Positions 55,752-64,000 of a DNA stretch of 64,000 bases are shown piece by piece. Positions within the stretch are counted from its first letter, which is position 1. Each line of letters opens with the position of its first letter. A program made the position numbers and the translations under genes. Source of the stretch: Bacteroidota bacterium (GTDB lineage: Bacteria > Bacteroidota > Bacteroidia > Flavobacteriales > BACL11); assembly GCA_028408365.1 (NCBI GenBank), contig JAOOLD010000005.1, positions 1,883 to 65,882 on the forward strand. The letters are read 5' to 3'. The notes beneath the pieces are model-generated. The model was not told the origin of the DNA. It worked only from the letters and a program-made list of their open reading frames with translations, and did no database searches.

Positions 55752-56581
55752 AAATATTTAATCAAATTTCAAAATTAACATCTGAACTTACTACAAAATC
55801 ATACAGCACAAGCTTCAGTTTTGGTATAAAAGCTTTAAGTAAAAGTTTACAACAGCCGATATATAATATTTATGGTTTTGTAAGATTTGCTGATGAAATA
55901 GTTGATACATTTCATGATTTCAATAAACAAGAGTTATTAAAAAAGTTTAAAAAAGACACATTTCTTTCTATAGACAGCGGAATAAGCTTAAATCCAATAC
56001 TTAATAGTTTTCAAGCTGTAGTTAATGAATATAACATAGATTCTAAGCTCATAGATTTATTTTTCAACAGTATGTTTATGGACTTAAATTCAACTATTCA
56101 TGATGATGATTCTTATAAAAAATATATACTAGGGTCTGCTGAGGTTGTAGGATTAATGTGTCTAAAGGTTTTTGTGGATGGTGACGAGAAAAAATACAAT
56201 CAACTTAAACCACATGCAATGAGTTTAGGTTCAGCTTTTCAAAAAGTTAACTTTTTGAGAGATATTAATGATGATTTTGTTAAACTTGGAAGAACTTATT
56301 TTCCAGGTGTTGATATGAATAATTTTACTGAATTTGATAAAATGGTAATAGAGGATGATATAATCAAAGACTTTGAAAATGCTTTAATTGGAATCAAACA
56401 ACTCCCATCAAGTTCTAAAGGAGGTGTATATTTAGCATATCTCTACTATTACAAACTTTTTAAAAAAATTAAAACTGTTCCTTACTACGAAATATTTAAT
56501 AAAAGAATAAGAGTTCAAAACTCAAACAAAATTCTTTTAATGTTTCAATCTGTAGTTAAGAATCAATTTAATTTGATATGA
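55745..56581 (+). CDS. crtB: Phytoene synthase
   Basis: SYSTSFS.., YGFVRFADEIVD and AFQKVNFLRDI..D (Asp-rich squalene/phytoene synthase motifs). Confidence 0.9.
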   Translation: MLKIFNQISKLTSELTTKSYSTSFSFGIKALSKSLQQPIYNIYGFVRFADEIVDTFHDFNKQELLKKFKKDTFLSIDSGISLNPILNSFQAVVNEYNIDSKLIDLFFNSMFMDLNSTIHDDDSYKKYILGSAEVVGLMCLKVFVDGDEKKYNQLKPHAMSLGSAFQKVNFLRDINDDFVKLGRTYFPGVDMNNFTEFDKMVIEDDIIKDFENALIGIKQLPSSSKGGVYLAYLYYYKLFKKIKTVPYYEIFNKRIRVQNSNKILLMFQSVVKNQFNLI

Positions 56582-57054
56582 AGTTTATTTTTCTATCGAT
56601 TTTTTTAATCATTTCCAATAATATTTTTTCATCTCAAATTGATGATATTAGAAAGTTGTATGTGCAATCATCAAACTCACTTGAGAATGCAGTCAAATTA
56701 CAGGAATTAACTAATGATTTAATTTTTAGTGATGATACTTTTAATAAGCACTCAGAAAAGATTTTCAAAAGTCCTAGTATTAGTGGTTACTTAGCATCTT
56801 CATTTTTTTTAATTGCTAAAAATTCAAAAAATATATTTTTAAAATTTAAAAACTTTGAAATTGGGAAGTTTATTCTTGAAAAGTTAATCTATAACTTCCC
56901 AAATAATTTAGAGCTAATAATTCTTAGAAATAATATTCAATCAAATTGTCCAAAAGTTTTAAATTATGACGATAGCTTAGCAGAGGATATTTTTTTTATA
57001 GAAAAAAATATTCATCTTTTTGATAATTTAAAAATGCTTACCAATGTTCGATAA
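56578..57054 (+). CDS. Secreted hypothetical protein embedded in the crt operon
   Basis: Its ATG overlaps the crtB stop (ATGA). Signal peptide MKFIFLSIFLIISNNIFSSQ. No recognised domain. Confidence 0.55.
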   Translation: MKFIFLSIFLIISNNIFSSQIDDIRKLYVQSSNSLENAVKLQELTNDLIFSDDTFNKHSEKIFKSPSISGYLASSFFLIAKNSKNIFLKFKNFEIGKFILEKLIYNFPNNLELIILRNNIQSNCPKVLNYDDSLAEDIFFIEKNIHLFDNLKMLTNVR

Positions 57055-57223
57055 GATGATTGTACTTGTTAATTATATACCCAAATTTTAACAAAAACGA
57101 AGTTACATAGTTTAAATATATGAGCATCCAAGATTTAGAAATAGATATTAATAAAAGTCCTCAAAATTATACTCATTGGTTCAAGTTGTGCATTCTAAAG
57201 ATTAGTAACTTTGTAAAAAAAAT

Positions 57224-57673
57224 ATGATGATTGGCGTATTAGTAAATATTTTTATTACTGTTCTTGTTTTTATTTTTATGGAATTTTTTGCATGGTTCGC
57301 TCATAAATATATCATGCATGGTTTTTTATGGTCGTTACATAAGGATCATCACCAAGTCAATCACGAACATAAGTTTCAAAAAAATGATTATTTCTTTTTA
57401 ATTTTTGCTATTCCTTCAATCATTCTTTTTGTTTTAGGTTCTAAAGATTTTAATTATATGTTTTTTTCTGGGCTTGGTATTGCATTATATGGACTGGCGT
57501 ACTTCATAATTCATGAAATAATAATACATAGAAGATTGCCCCCACCCAGTAAAACTAATAGTAAGTATATTAAAGCAATTAGAAAGGCTCATAAAATTCA
57601 TCATAAAAATAGGAATAAAGATCATTGTGTTAATTTTGGAATGCTGATTGTTCCATTTAAATATTTCAAATAA
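57224..57673 (+). CDS. crtZ: Beta-carotene 3-hydroxylase
   Basis: Histidine boxes HKYIMH, HKDHH, HEIIIH and HKIHH in a 149-aa four-TM protein. Confidence 0.88.
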   Translation: MMIGVLVNIFITVLVFIFMEFFAWFAHKYIMHGFLWSLHKDHHQVNHEHKFQKNDYFFLIFAIPSIILFVLGSKDFNYMFFSGLGIALYGLAYFIIHEIIIHRRLPPPSKTNSKYIKAIRKAHKIHHKNRNKDHCVNFGMLIVPFKYFK

Positions 57674-57681
57674 TCCTTTTC

Positions 57682-58143
57682 ATGGCTGCATTTCAATTCA
57701 AAAGAGAACAAATAATTAATAGTGACATTGATACTGTATGGGATTTTGTTTCATCACCTAAAAACTTAAAGGAAATCACACCGGACTACATGCTTTTCCA
57801 AATAACATCAGATAATTTGGATCAAAAAATGTATCCAGGTATGATTATAACTTACAAAGTAGCTCCAATCTTAAATATAAAAATTGATTGGATGACTGAA
57901 ATAACTCATGTCCGAGATAAAAAATTTTTTATTGATGAACAAAGAATGGGACCATATAAAATGTGGCATCATCAACATATTTTTGAAATCAAAGACAATG
58001 GAGTGTTGATGAAAGATATAATAACTTATATTCCTCCACTAGGTTTAATAGGTCAGATTGCAAATAAGATATTTATCAAAAAACAGTTGAAAAATATTTT
58101 TGATTACAGGCAAAAAGTAATGAACAAAAAATTTAATCAGTAG
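57682..58143 (+). CDS. SRPBCC (START/cyclase-dehydrase-like) superfamily protein
   Basis: Size and pattern (..VWDFVSSPKNL..ITP.. ; ..MGPYKMWHHQH.F..) typical of the family. Confidence 0.65.
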   Translation: MAAFQFKREQIINSDIDTVWDFVSSPKNLKEITPDYMLFQITSDNLDQKMYPGMIITYKVAPILNIKIDWMTEITHVRDKKFFIDEQRMGPYKMWHHQHIFEIKDNGVLMKDIITYIPPLGLIGQIANKIFIKKQLKNIFDYRQKVMNKKFNQ

Positions 58144-59422
58144 CTAGAGAGCTTTTATATGTTTGTAAGCACCGTTCCCTAGCAAATTTATGTTCAACAA
58201 TCCTTTTTATATAATTAGAGGAATCAAAATCATCAATCCATTTTCTCACATACTCATACTTTGAATCAAACTTTGTCTGCTGAGTTTCAGGATTAAAAAC
58301 TCTGAAGTATGGGGCACTATCACATCCAGTCCCAGCTACCCATTGCCAATTTCCATTATTTGATGACAGATCGAAATCTAATAATTTTTCTGCAAAATAT
58401 CTTTCTCCCAATCTCCAATCAATTAGAAGATGTTTAACTAAGAAGCTTGCAGTTATCATTCGAACTCTATTATGCATGTAACCTGTAGAATTTAATTGAT
58501 TCATTCCAGCATCTACAATTGGATATCCTGTTTTTCCACTACACCACATTTGAAATTCGTCATTATTGTTCCTCCATTTTATTTTTGAATATTTTGCTTT
58601 AAATGGTTGATTAACAACATGTGGAAAGTTATATAGAATTTGACTGTAAAATTCTCTCCAAATTAGCTCACTAAGAAAAATTTTATTTTTATTAAATGCG
58701 TATTTTACACACTCTCTTATTGAAATAGATCCAAATCTTAAATGTGGGCTTAGAAAAGATGTTTTATTTTCTGATGGAAAGTCTCTGAACTTTTCATAAT
58801 CTTTTATGAAATCAAAGTTTGGATTAATTACTTTGATAGATGATTTTTTAAACCCAAAGTCTTCAAGATTTATTGTCTTTTTCTTTGTTTGAAATAGATT
58901 TTTCAGCTTTTTTTCTGAATCATAGAACTTAAGATTGTCACTATTAATTGAGCTTATCCATTTATTCTTGTAAGGTGTATATACTGTATATGGATTTCCA
59001 TCATTTTTTGATACTTCATTTTTTTCAAAAACTAAATGATCTTTATATGACGATGTTTTTATATTGTTTTTAGTTAATAGATCAATTATTAGTTGGTCTC
59101 TCTTAATCGCATAAGGCTCATAATCTCTGTTAAAAAAAACATTTGATATTTCATACTCAGAAATTAGTTCTTTCCAAATATCAATAGGATTACCATACTT
59201 ACAAAGCACATTACTTTTGAATTTCTCTATTTTTTTATTGATATTATTGATGAGCGAACTAATGAATGTTAGCCTAGGGTCATCGTTTTTGAGATTTCTT
59301 AAGATTGAATCATCATATATAAATAAAAGTAAAGTCTTGCCGCTACTTAAACTATTAAGAAGTCCAATATTATCTCTAAGTCTTAAGTCTCTTCTAAACC
59401 AAAATATATTTATCTTATCCAT
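58133..59422 (-). CDS. Cryptochrome/photolyase family protein (deoxyribodipyrimidine photo-lyase)
   Basis: IFWFRRDLRL.DN, WREFY, TGYPIVDAGMNQL..TGYMHNR.RM and NNGNWQW..G.G.D motifs. Confidence 0.9.
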   Translation of the reverse strand: MDKINIFWFRRDLRLRDNIGLLNSLSSGKTLLLFIYDDSILRNLKNDDPRLTFISSLINNINKKIEKFKSNVLCKYGNPIDIWKELISEYEISNVFFNRDYEPYAIKRDQLIIDLLTKNNIKTSSYKDHLVFEKNEVSKNDGNPYTVYTPYKNKWISSINSDNLKFYDSEKKLKNLFQTKKKTINLEDFGFKKSSIKVINPNFDFIKDYEKFRDFPSENKTSFLSPHLRFGSISIRECVKYAFNKNKIFLSELIWREFYSQILYNFPHVVNQPFKAKYSKIKWRNNNDEFQMWCSGKTGYPIVDAGMNQLNSTGYMHNRVRMITASFLVKHLLIDWRLGERYFAEKLLDFDLSSNNGNWQWVAGTGCDSAPYFRVFNPETQQTKFDSKYEYVRKWIDDFDSSNYIKRIVEHKFARERCLQTYKSSLATD

Positions 59423-59441
59423 TAAATAACAATTAATTATT

Positions 59442-59888
59442 TCAATCGATACTGCAGTTTAGCCAGCCTTTTTCACAATTGGAACCAAATTTTTTGTAAA
59501 AATTGATAGCAACTTTATTCCAATCCAACACTTGCCAGCAAAATCCATTGTATTTTTTTGATAAATTTATAAGATTCTTAAAAATTTCTGAACCAAAGCC
59601 TTTACCTCTGTGCTTTTCGGTGACAATTAAATCTTCTAAATATAAAACCTCTCCATTCCAACTCGAATATCTAATGTAGTACATTGCAATTCCAATAATT
59701 TCATTATTAAACTCACCTACAATAAAATTATAGCTTGGTTTTTCTTTAAAACAATCATTTAAAAGAGTATCTTGATTTATTTTTAGCTTATGTTCTGATT
59801 TTTCATATATCGCTAATTCTTTGATGAGTTTGTATAAAGAAGTAATATCTTTTTTTTCGCCATTTCTTATTTTTAAACTTTTCTTCAT
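59442..59888 (-). CDS. GNAT-family N-acetyltransferase
   Basis: Acetyl-CoA motif A: VTEKHRGKGFGSEIFKNL. Confidence 0.8.
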   Translation of the reverse strand: MKKSLKIRNGEKKDITSLYKLIKELAIYEKSEHKLKINQDTLLNDCFKEKPSYNFIVGEFNNEIIGIAMYYIRYSSWNGEVLYLEDLIVTEKHRGKGFGSEIFKNLINLSKKYNGFCWQVLDWNKVAINFYKKFGSNCEKGWLNCSID

Positions 59889-60355
59889 TTTTTGTTAATA
59901 TAAATGGCACTATTATTATCGTTTTCGCTGAATTCAATTTTTCTAATGTTAACTCTATTATTAGTCTCAAGCTTAATGAATTCTGATAGCTTATTGTAGA
60001 TATATTCTGCAAAACCCTCTGCTCCAACATAGGGTATTATTCTCAACTGAATTATTTTATTTTCGTTCATTTTTATGAACTCTTGCAAAAAAGGATCATC
60101 CTCTGCAATTATAACTGTATGATCAAACATATACTTTATCCACTCGTCTGGTCGCATTCCATCGATTTGATTTTTTGCTCTTTTCATTCCTCCAAAATCC
60201 CAGACCCAGTTGTTTTCATCTAAATCACCCTCAAAATAGACTTTAAATGATATTGCATATCCGTGTAGAAAGCTGCAATGAGTATGCTTAGCTCTCCACT
60301 GCCTAAAGCAGCAAGTAAATCCGCTAAATCTCTTTGTTGAAATAAATTTTTTCAT
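59885..60355 (-). CDS. 6-pyruvoyl-tetrahydropterin synthase / QueD-family protein with a non-canonical metal motif
   Basis: PTPS-fold pattern ..HCSFLHGYAISFKV.F.G.LD...WV.DFG.. The canonical C-x3-H-G-H reads C-S-F-L-H-G-Y. Confidence 0.65.
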   Translation of the reverse strand: MKKFISTKRFSGFTCCFRQWRAKHTHCSFLHGYAISFKVYFEGDLDENNWVWDFGGMKRAKNQIDGMRPDEWIKYMFDHTVIIAEDDPFLQEFIKMNENKIIQLRIIPYVGAEGFAEYIYNKLSEFIKLETNNRVNIRKIEFSENDNNSAIYINKK

Positions 60356-60740
60356 TGTATATTTTTTTGATTAATAAATTATTTTGTTTTGGGTTTTTAT
60401 ATTGCAACTTGTAAATTGAATTCTCAATTTGAAGTGTAAGTACATTATCATTACTCATAATTTTTAGTTTATTAAAATGACAACAATCTAAGTACTCCTC
60501 GTTTTTAAATCTAAAATGTAGTGATATACCCTTTTTTCTTATTTCTATATTAGAGTAAACAATATCTGAAGACTCTGAAAATTCATCACTTAGATTATTA
60601 TTTCTAATTGAAATTATTCTATACTGCTGTGAACCATAAATACCTCTTTTAATTCTTTCAATAAATGTGTATCCTTCTCCTGAGAATTCATTTAACAAAC
60701 TTTGTAGTTCGTTTTTTTTTATTTTTTTGTTTACTAACAC
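60324..60740 (-). CDS. Hypothetical protein
   Basis: 138-aa ORF with a GTG start that overlaps the downstream QueD-like gene by 32 nt. No recognised motif. Confidence 0.45.
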   Translation of the reverse strand: MLVNKKIKKNELQSLLNEFSGEGYTFIERIKRGIYGSQQYRIISIRNNNLSDEFSESSDIVYSNIEIRKKGISLHFRFKNEEYLDCCHFNKLKIMSNDNVLTLQIENSIYKLQYKNPKQNNLLIKKIYNEKIYFNKEI

Positions 60741-60790
60741 TTAGTATAATTTATATATAAAAAAGTTATGCAAAATTAGTAAAAAAAAAG

Positions 60791-61147
60791 TGGAGCTGGT
60801 GGGATTTGAACCCACGTCCAAACAAGCAATTTAAAAGGGTTCTACATGCTTATCATTACTTTAATTTCAAATTATTAAGGTTGTAATGAAAACCAAACAA
60901 ATAATTCAATTCTCTAATTTTCATTAAAATAGCGAGAAATTATTTTAATTATCCTAACAAATATGATGCCTCAAAGTAAATCGTTAGGAAGATTTACAAG
61001 AGACAAAAGCTAATTAATTATTAATTAAGCAGCTAAAGCGTAATTATTTTCGCCAATTAAAAAAGTTGTAATTATGTTTAACGAGAAAATTACAAGCTCG
61101 ACATGCTAGCTAAAAAATTATTCTTGTTGTCAAAACCTGTCAGCCCC
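60791..61147 (-). ncRNA. ssrA: tmRNA (SsrA), tag peptide GENNYALAA
   Basis: On the minus strand, the 5' end is GGGGCTGACAGGTTTTGAC.. and the 3' tRNA-like end is ..GGACGTGGGTTCAAATCCCACCAGCTCCA. The tag reading frame GGC GAA AAT AAT TAC GCT TTA GCT GCT TAA lies at 61025-61054. Confidence 0.93.
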
Positions 61148-61215
61148 AAAATGTAAAGATCTAATGCAAAATTAAAAAAAAAGCTGATTGTAAAATCCTT
61201 TTATATTTTTGTATT

Positions 61216-62412
61216 ATGAAAATAGGAATAATTAAGGAGGATAAAATACCAGTTGATAAAAGAACTCCTCTAACTCCTAAGCAATGTTTATATGTTAATG
61301 AAAAATTTAAAGAAATAACTATTTATGTTCAAGAGAGTAGCCACAGGTGTTTTCCTGATAGTGAATATTTAGATTTAAATATTAGAGTAGTAAAAAATCT
61401 TGACCATTGTGATATTATTATTGGTATTAAAGAAATTAAAATAAATAATATAATTCAGGAAATGTCTTATATTTTCTTTTCACACACAATTAAAAAACAA
61501 GAGTACAATAAGAAACTGCTAAAAAGTCTATTATCATCAAATAATACTTTGTATGATTATGAGGTAATGAAAAATAATGGAAAAAGATTGATAGGTTTTG
61601 GAAAATACGCAGGTATTGTGGGAGCATACAATAGTTTTCGTGCTTATGGTTTGAAAACAAAAAAATTCAAAATTGATAAAGCTTTAAATTTTAACAGCAA
61701 AGAAGAAATTTTTACAATTTTAAATAATATTCGACTTTCAAATGAAAAAATTCTCATAACTGGAGTCGGTAATGTCTCAAAAGGTATAATTGAGGTACTA
61801 CAAAATATGAGTATGCGAAAAGTAGATTCAAATGAAATTGTGACTAAAACTTATAATGAGCCAGTGTACTCACAAATTGACTGTTTAGACTATTACAAAA
61901 GAATTGATAATTCAAAAAAAGATATTTATGATTTTTACAATAATCCTTCAAGTTATGTTTCTACAATGAAAAAGTATTTATCATTTGTGGATATTTTAAT
62001 AACAGGTCATTATCACTCAGAACTATCTCCACCAATTATAACTAAGTCTGATTTAAATTTAAAAGATTTGAAACTTAAAGTTATTGGAGATATTTCATGT
62101 GATATTGCAACAGCTATCGCTTCAACAATTAGACCATCGACAATTCAAAATCCAATTTATGGTTATAATTATAAGACTCATGAGGAAGATGATTTTCTTA
62201 AGGAAAACACAATTGCCGTTATGGCTGTTGATAATCTCCCTTGTGAATTACCAAGAGATTCCTCAAAAGACTTTGGTGATCAACTAATTAAATACTTAAT
62301 ACCTATTATTAATGATAATGATCATTTTATTTTAAAAAATTCAATGATTTGTAAAAATGGAGTATTAACAGATAATTTTAGTTATCTAGAGGACTTTGTT
62401 AGTACTGCTTGA
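61216..62412 (+). CDS. Alanine dehydrogenase/PNT-N-domain oxidoreductase, saccharopine dehydrogenase (LOR/SDH)-like
   Basis: N-terminal MKIGIIKE....DKRTPLTP and a central Rossmann motif ILITGVGNVSKG. Assigned on overall pattern only. Confidence 0.55.
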   Translation: MKIGIIKEDKIPVDKRTPLTPKQCLYVNEKFKEITIYVQESSHRCFPDSEYLDLNIRVVKNLDHCDIIIGIKEIKINNIIQEMSYIFFSHTIKKQEYNKKLLKSLLSSNNTLYDYEVMKNNGKRLIGFGKYAGIVGAYNSFRAYGLKTKKFKIDKALNFNSKEEIFTILNNIRLSNEKILITGVGNVSKGIIEVLQNMSMRKVDSNEIVTKTYNEPVYSQIDCLDYYKRIDNSKKDIYDFYNNPSSYVSTMKKYLSFVDILITGHYHSELSPPIITKSDLNLKDLKLKVIGDISCDIATAIASTIRPSTIQNPIYGYNYKTHEEDDFLKENTIAVMAVDNLPCELPRDSSKDFGDQLIKYLIPIINDNDHFILKNSMICKNGVLTDNFSYLEDFVSTA

Positions 62413-63049
62413 GTTTTTTTATTGTTTCAATAGGGTTGTCAGATTTGAAAACAAAACTGCCTGCAACTAATACGTCTGCTCCAAGATTCACAAGCTCTTT
62501 AGAATTTTGAAGATTTACACCACCGTCAATTTCAATTAAAAAAGAACAATTTTTATCATTTCTTAATTTATCTAATTCTCTGACTTTTTTAAATGTATTT
62601 TTAATAAAATTTTGACCTCCAAATCCAGGGTTGACTGACATTAAGCAAACTAAGTCAATATCTCCAATTATATTTTCTAGACTATTTACAGATGTGTGTG
62701 GGTTGATTGCCACTCCAGCTTTCATATCATTTTCTTTGATTTCACAAATAGTTCTATGAAGATGGTTACAAGCTTCAAAATGAACTGTTAAGATATCAGC
62801 ACCAACACTTTTGAATTTTTGTATGTATCTTTCTGGATTAATAATCATTAGGTGAACATCTAGCTTTTTTTTGGCCAAAGATTTGATGCTTTTAATAACA
62901 GGAAAACCAAAAGAAATATTAGGAACAAAAACACCATCCATAACATCTATATGAAACCAATCTGCGTTGCTTTCATTTACCATTTTACACTCCTTACTTA
63001 GATTACCAAAATCAGATGCAAGAATTGATGGTGCAATGAGGTGATTCAC
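62399..63049 (-). CDS. rpe: Ribulose-phosphate 3-epimerase
   Basis: APSILA.DF, HIDVMDG.FVPN, VNPGFGGQ.F and DGG.N motifs. Confidence 0.92.
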   Translation of the reverse strand: MNHLIAPSILASDFGNLSKECKMVNESNADWFHIDVMDGVFVPNISFGFPVIKSIKSLAKKKLDVHLMIINPERYIQKFKSVGADILTVHFEACNHLHRTICEIKENDMKAGVAINPHTSVNSLENIIGDIDLVCLMSVNPGFGGQNFIKNTFKKVRELDKLRNDKNCSFLIEIDGGVNLQNSKELVNLGADVLVAGSFVFKSDNPIETIKKLKQY

Positions 63050-63056
63050 TGTTTTT

Positions 63057-63920
63057 TTAACCTAAATAAGTTTTTAGAATTTTACTTCTTGACGTGTGCT
63101 TTAGTCTTCTTACAGCTTTTTCTTTGATTTGTCTAACTCTCTCCCTAGTTAGATCAAACTTTTCACCTATCTCTTCGAGAGTCATTGCATGACCACCACT
63201 TAATCCAAAGTATGATGAAATAACATCTGCTTCTCTAGGTGTAAGTGTGTCTAATGCTCTACTTATTTCTTCTCTTAGTGATTCTAAAATTAAGCTACTG
63301 TCAGGGCTTGGACTTTCTTCAGAACCCATAACGTCATATAGGTTGCTGTCTTCTCCATCAATTAGAGGCGCGTCCATAGATACATGTCGGCCAGAGTTTT
63401 TTAGTGATTGTTTAACTTCAGCTATTGATAATTCTACAAGTTCTGCAATTTCTTCAGCGGTTGGTGGTCTTTCAAATTCTTGTTCAAGCTTTGCATAAGC
63501 CTTATTTATTTTATTAATTGAGCCAATCTTGTTTAAAGGAAGCCTTACAATTCTTGACTGTTCAGCCAATGCTTGTAAGATAGACTGTCTAATCCACCAG
63601 ACAGCATAAGAAATGAATTTAAAGCCTCTTGTTTCATCAAATCTTTTAGCTGCTTTGATTAATCCAAGATTCCCTTCATTAATAAGGTCTGGCAATGTTA
63701 ATCCTTGATTTTGATACTGTTTAGCAACTGATACGACAAATCTTAAGTTTGCTTTTGTGAGTTTGTCTAAAGCTTTTTCATCACCAGCTTTAATTTTCTG
63801 AGCTAATTCAACCTCTTCTTCAGCAGTAATCAGTTCTACTCTACCAATTTCTTGTAAATATTTGTCTAATGATGCGGTTTCTCTATTTGTTACCTGTTTA
63901 GTTATTTTTAATTGTCTCAT
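63057..63920 (-). CDS. rpoD: Primary RNA polymerase sigma factor (Bacteroidota short sigma-70 / SigA type)
   Basis: Region 2 [15 protein letters not shown]...DLI.EGN.GLIKAA..FD..RGFKF.SYA.WWIRQ, and region 4 [16 protein letters not shown]. At 287 aa it lacks region 1.1, as is usual in Bacteroidota. Confidence 0.92.
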   Translation of the reverse strand: MRQLKITKQVTNRETASLDKYLQEIGRVELITAEEEVELAQKIKAGDEKALDKLTKANLRFVVSVAKQYQNQGLTLPDLINEGNLGLIKAAKRFDETRGFKFISYAVWWIRQSILQALAEQSRIVRLPLNKIGSINKINKAYAKLEQEFERPPTAEEIAELVELSIAEVKQSLKNSGRHVSMDAPLIDGEDSNLYDVMGSEESPSPDSSLILESLREEISRALDTLTPREADVISSYFGLSGGHAMTLEEIGEKFDLTRERVRQIKEKAVRRLKHTSRSKILKTYLG

Positions 63921-64000
63921 TTTAGATTTTGATGTTAGTTTGCACTGATTATACGTATACTAATAAAAAAGGTTACAAAAATTATTCTTTTTTAGTTTCT

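Noticed and set aside
57120-57227. 35-aa ORF (MSIQDLEIDINKSPQNYTHWFKLCILKISNFVKKI) whose TGA overlaps the crtZ ATG.
   Set aside because: Too short, with no recognisable motif and no visible ribosome-binding context. It could be a chance ORF or a remnant. It is mentioned under the crt finding but not called as a feature.

Overview
Very AT-rich, tightly packed chromosomal segment. By eye it is about 30% GC, which I did not compute. Most genes are separated by under 60 bp or overlap by a few nt. It almost certainly comes from a Flavobacteriia (Bacteroidota) genome. Lineage markers are a tmRNA with the Bacteroidota tag GENNYALAA, a short primary sigma factor, a T9SS type-B C-terminal sorting domain, SprB-type repeats, and the DUF1599, DUF3822 and DUF4834 genes. 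Most of the window is ordinary housekeeping: argS, folP, tpiA, prmA, clpS, mpl, tgt, carB, nadC, rlmH, rdgB, coaD, rsmD, purL, rpe and rpoD. It also carries four RNA genes or candidates: tRNA-Arg(ACG), RNase P RNA, tmRNA, and a probable 6S RNA after zapA. rpmH is present but is too short to appear in the ORF track. I saw no CRISPR array, transposase, integrase, prophage or recognisable defence system. Five less ordinary parts stand out. (1) A surface-glycan and adhesin cluster (about 22.7-35.5 kb) has YfhO-type GT-C, GT4, Wzx and GT4 genes around a 1344-aa adhesin with an L-type lectin domain, SprB repeats and a T9SS sorting domain. The cluster ends in an orphan cassette of P-loop kinase, NTase-like protein and APH-like kinase. 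(2) An M1 zinc peptidase is fused to a C-terminal Omp85-like beta-barrel. (3) A 1460-aa domain-less envelope protein. (4) A light-response island has a CarH-type B12 photoreceptor-repressor with Wx9EH and ExHxxG motifs and direct repeats in the divergent promoter region. It also carries crtI-crtB-orphan-crtZ, an SRPBCC protein, a photolyase and a non-canonical QueD-like protein, but no lycopene cyclase. (5) Divergent gene starts are extremely close, as little as 11 bp apart. All family assignments rest on motifs read by eye, and no database search was run.
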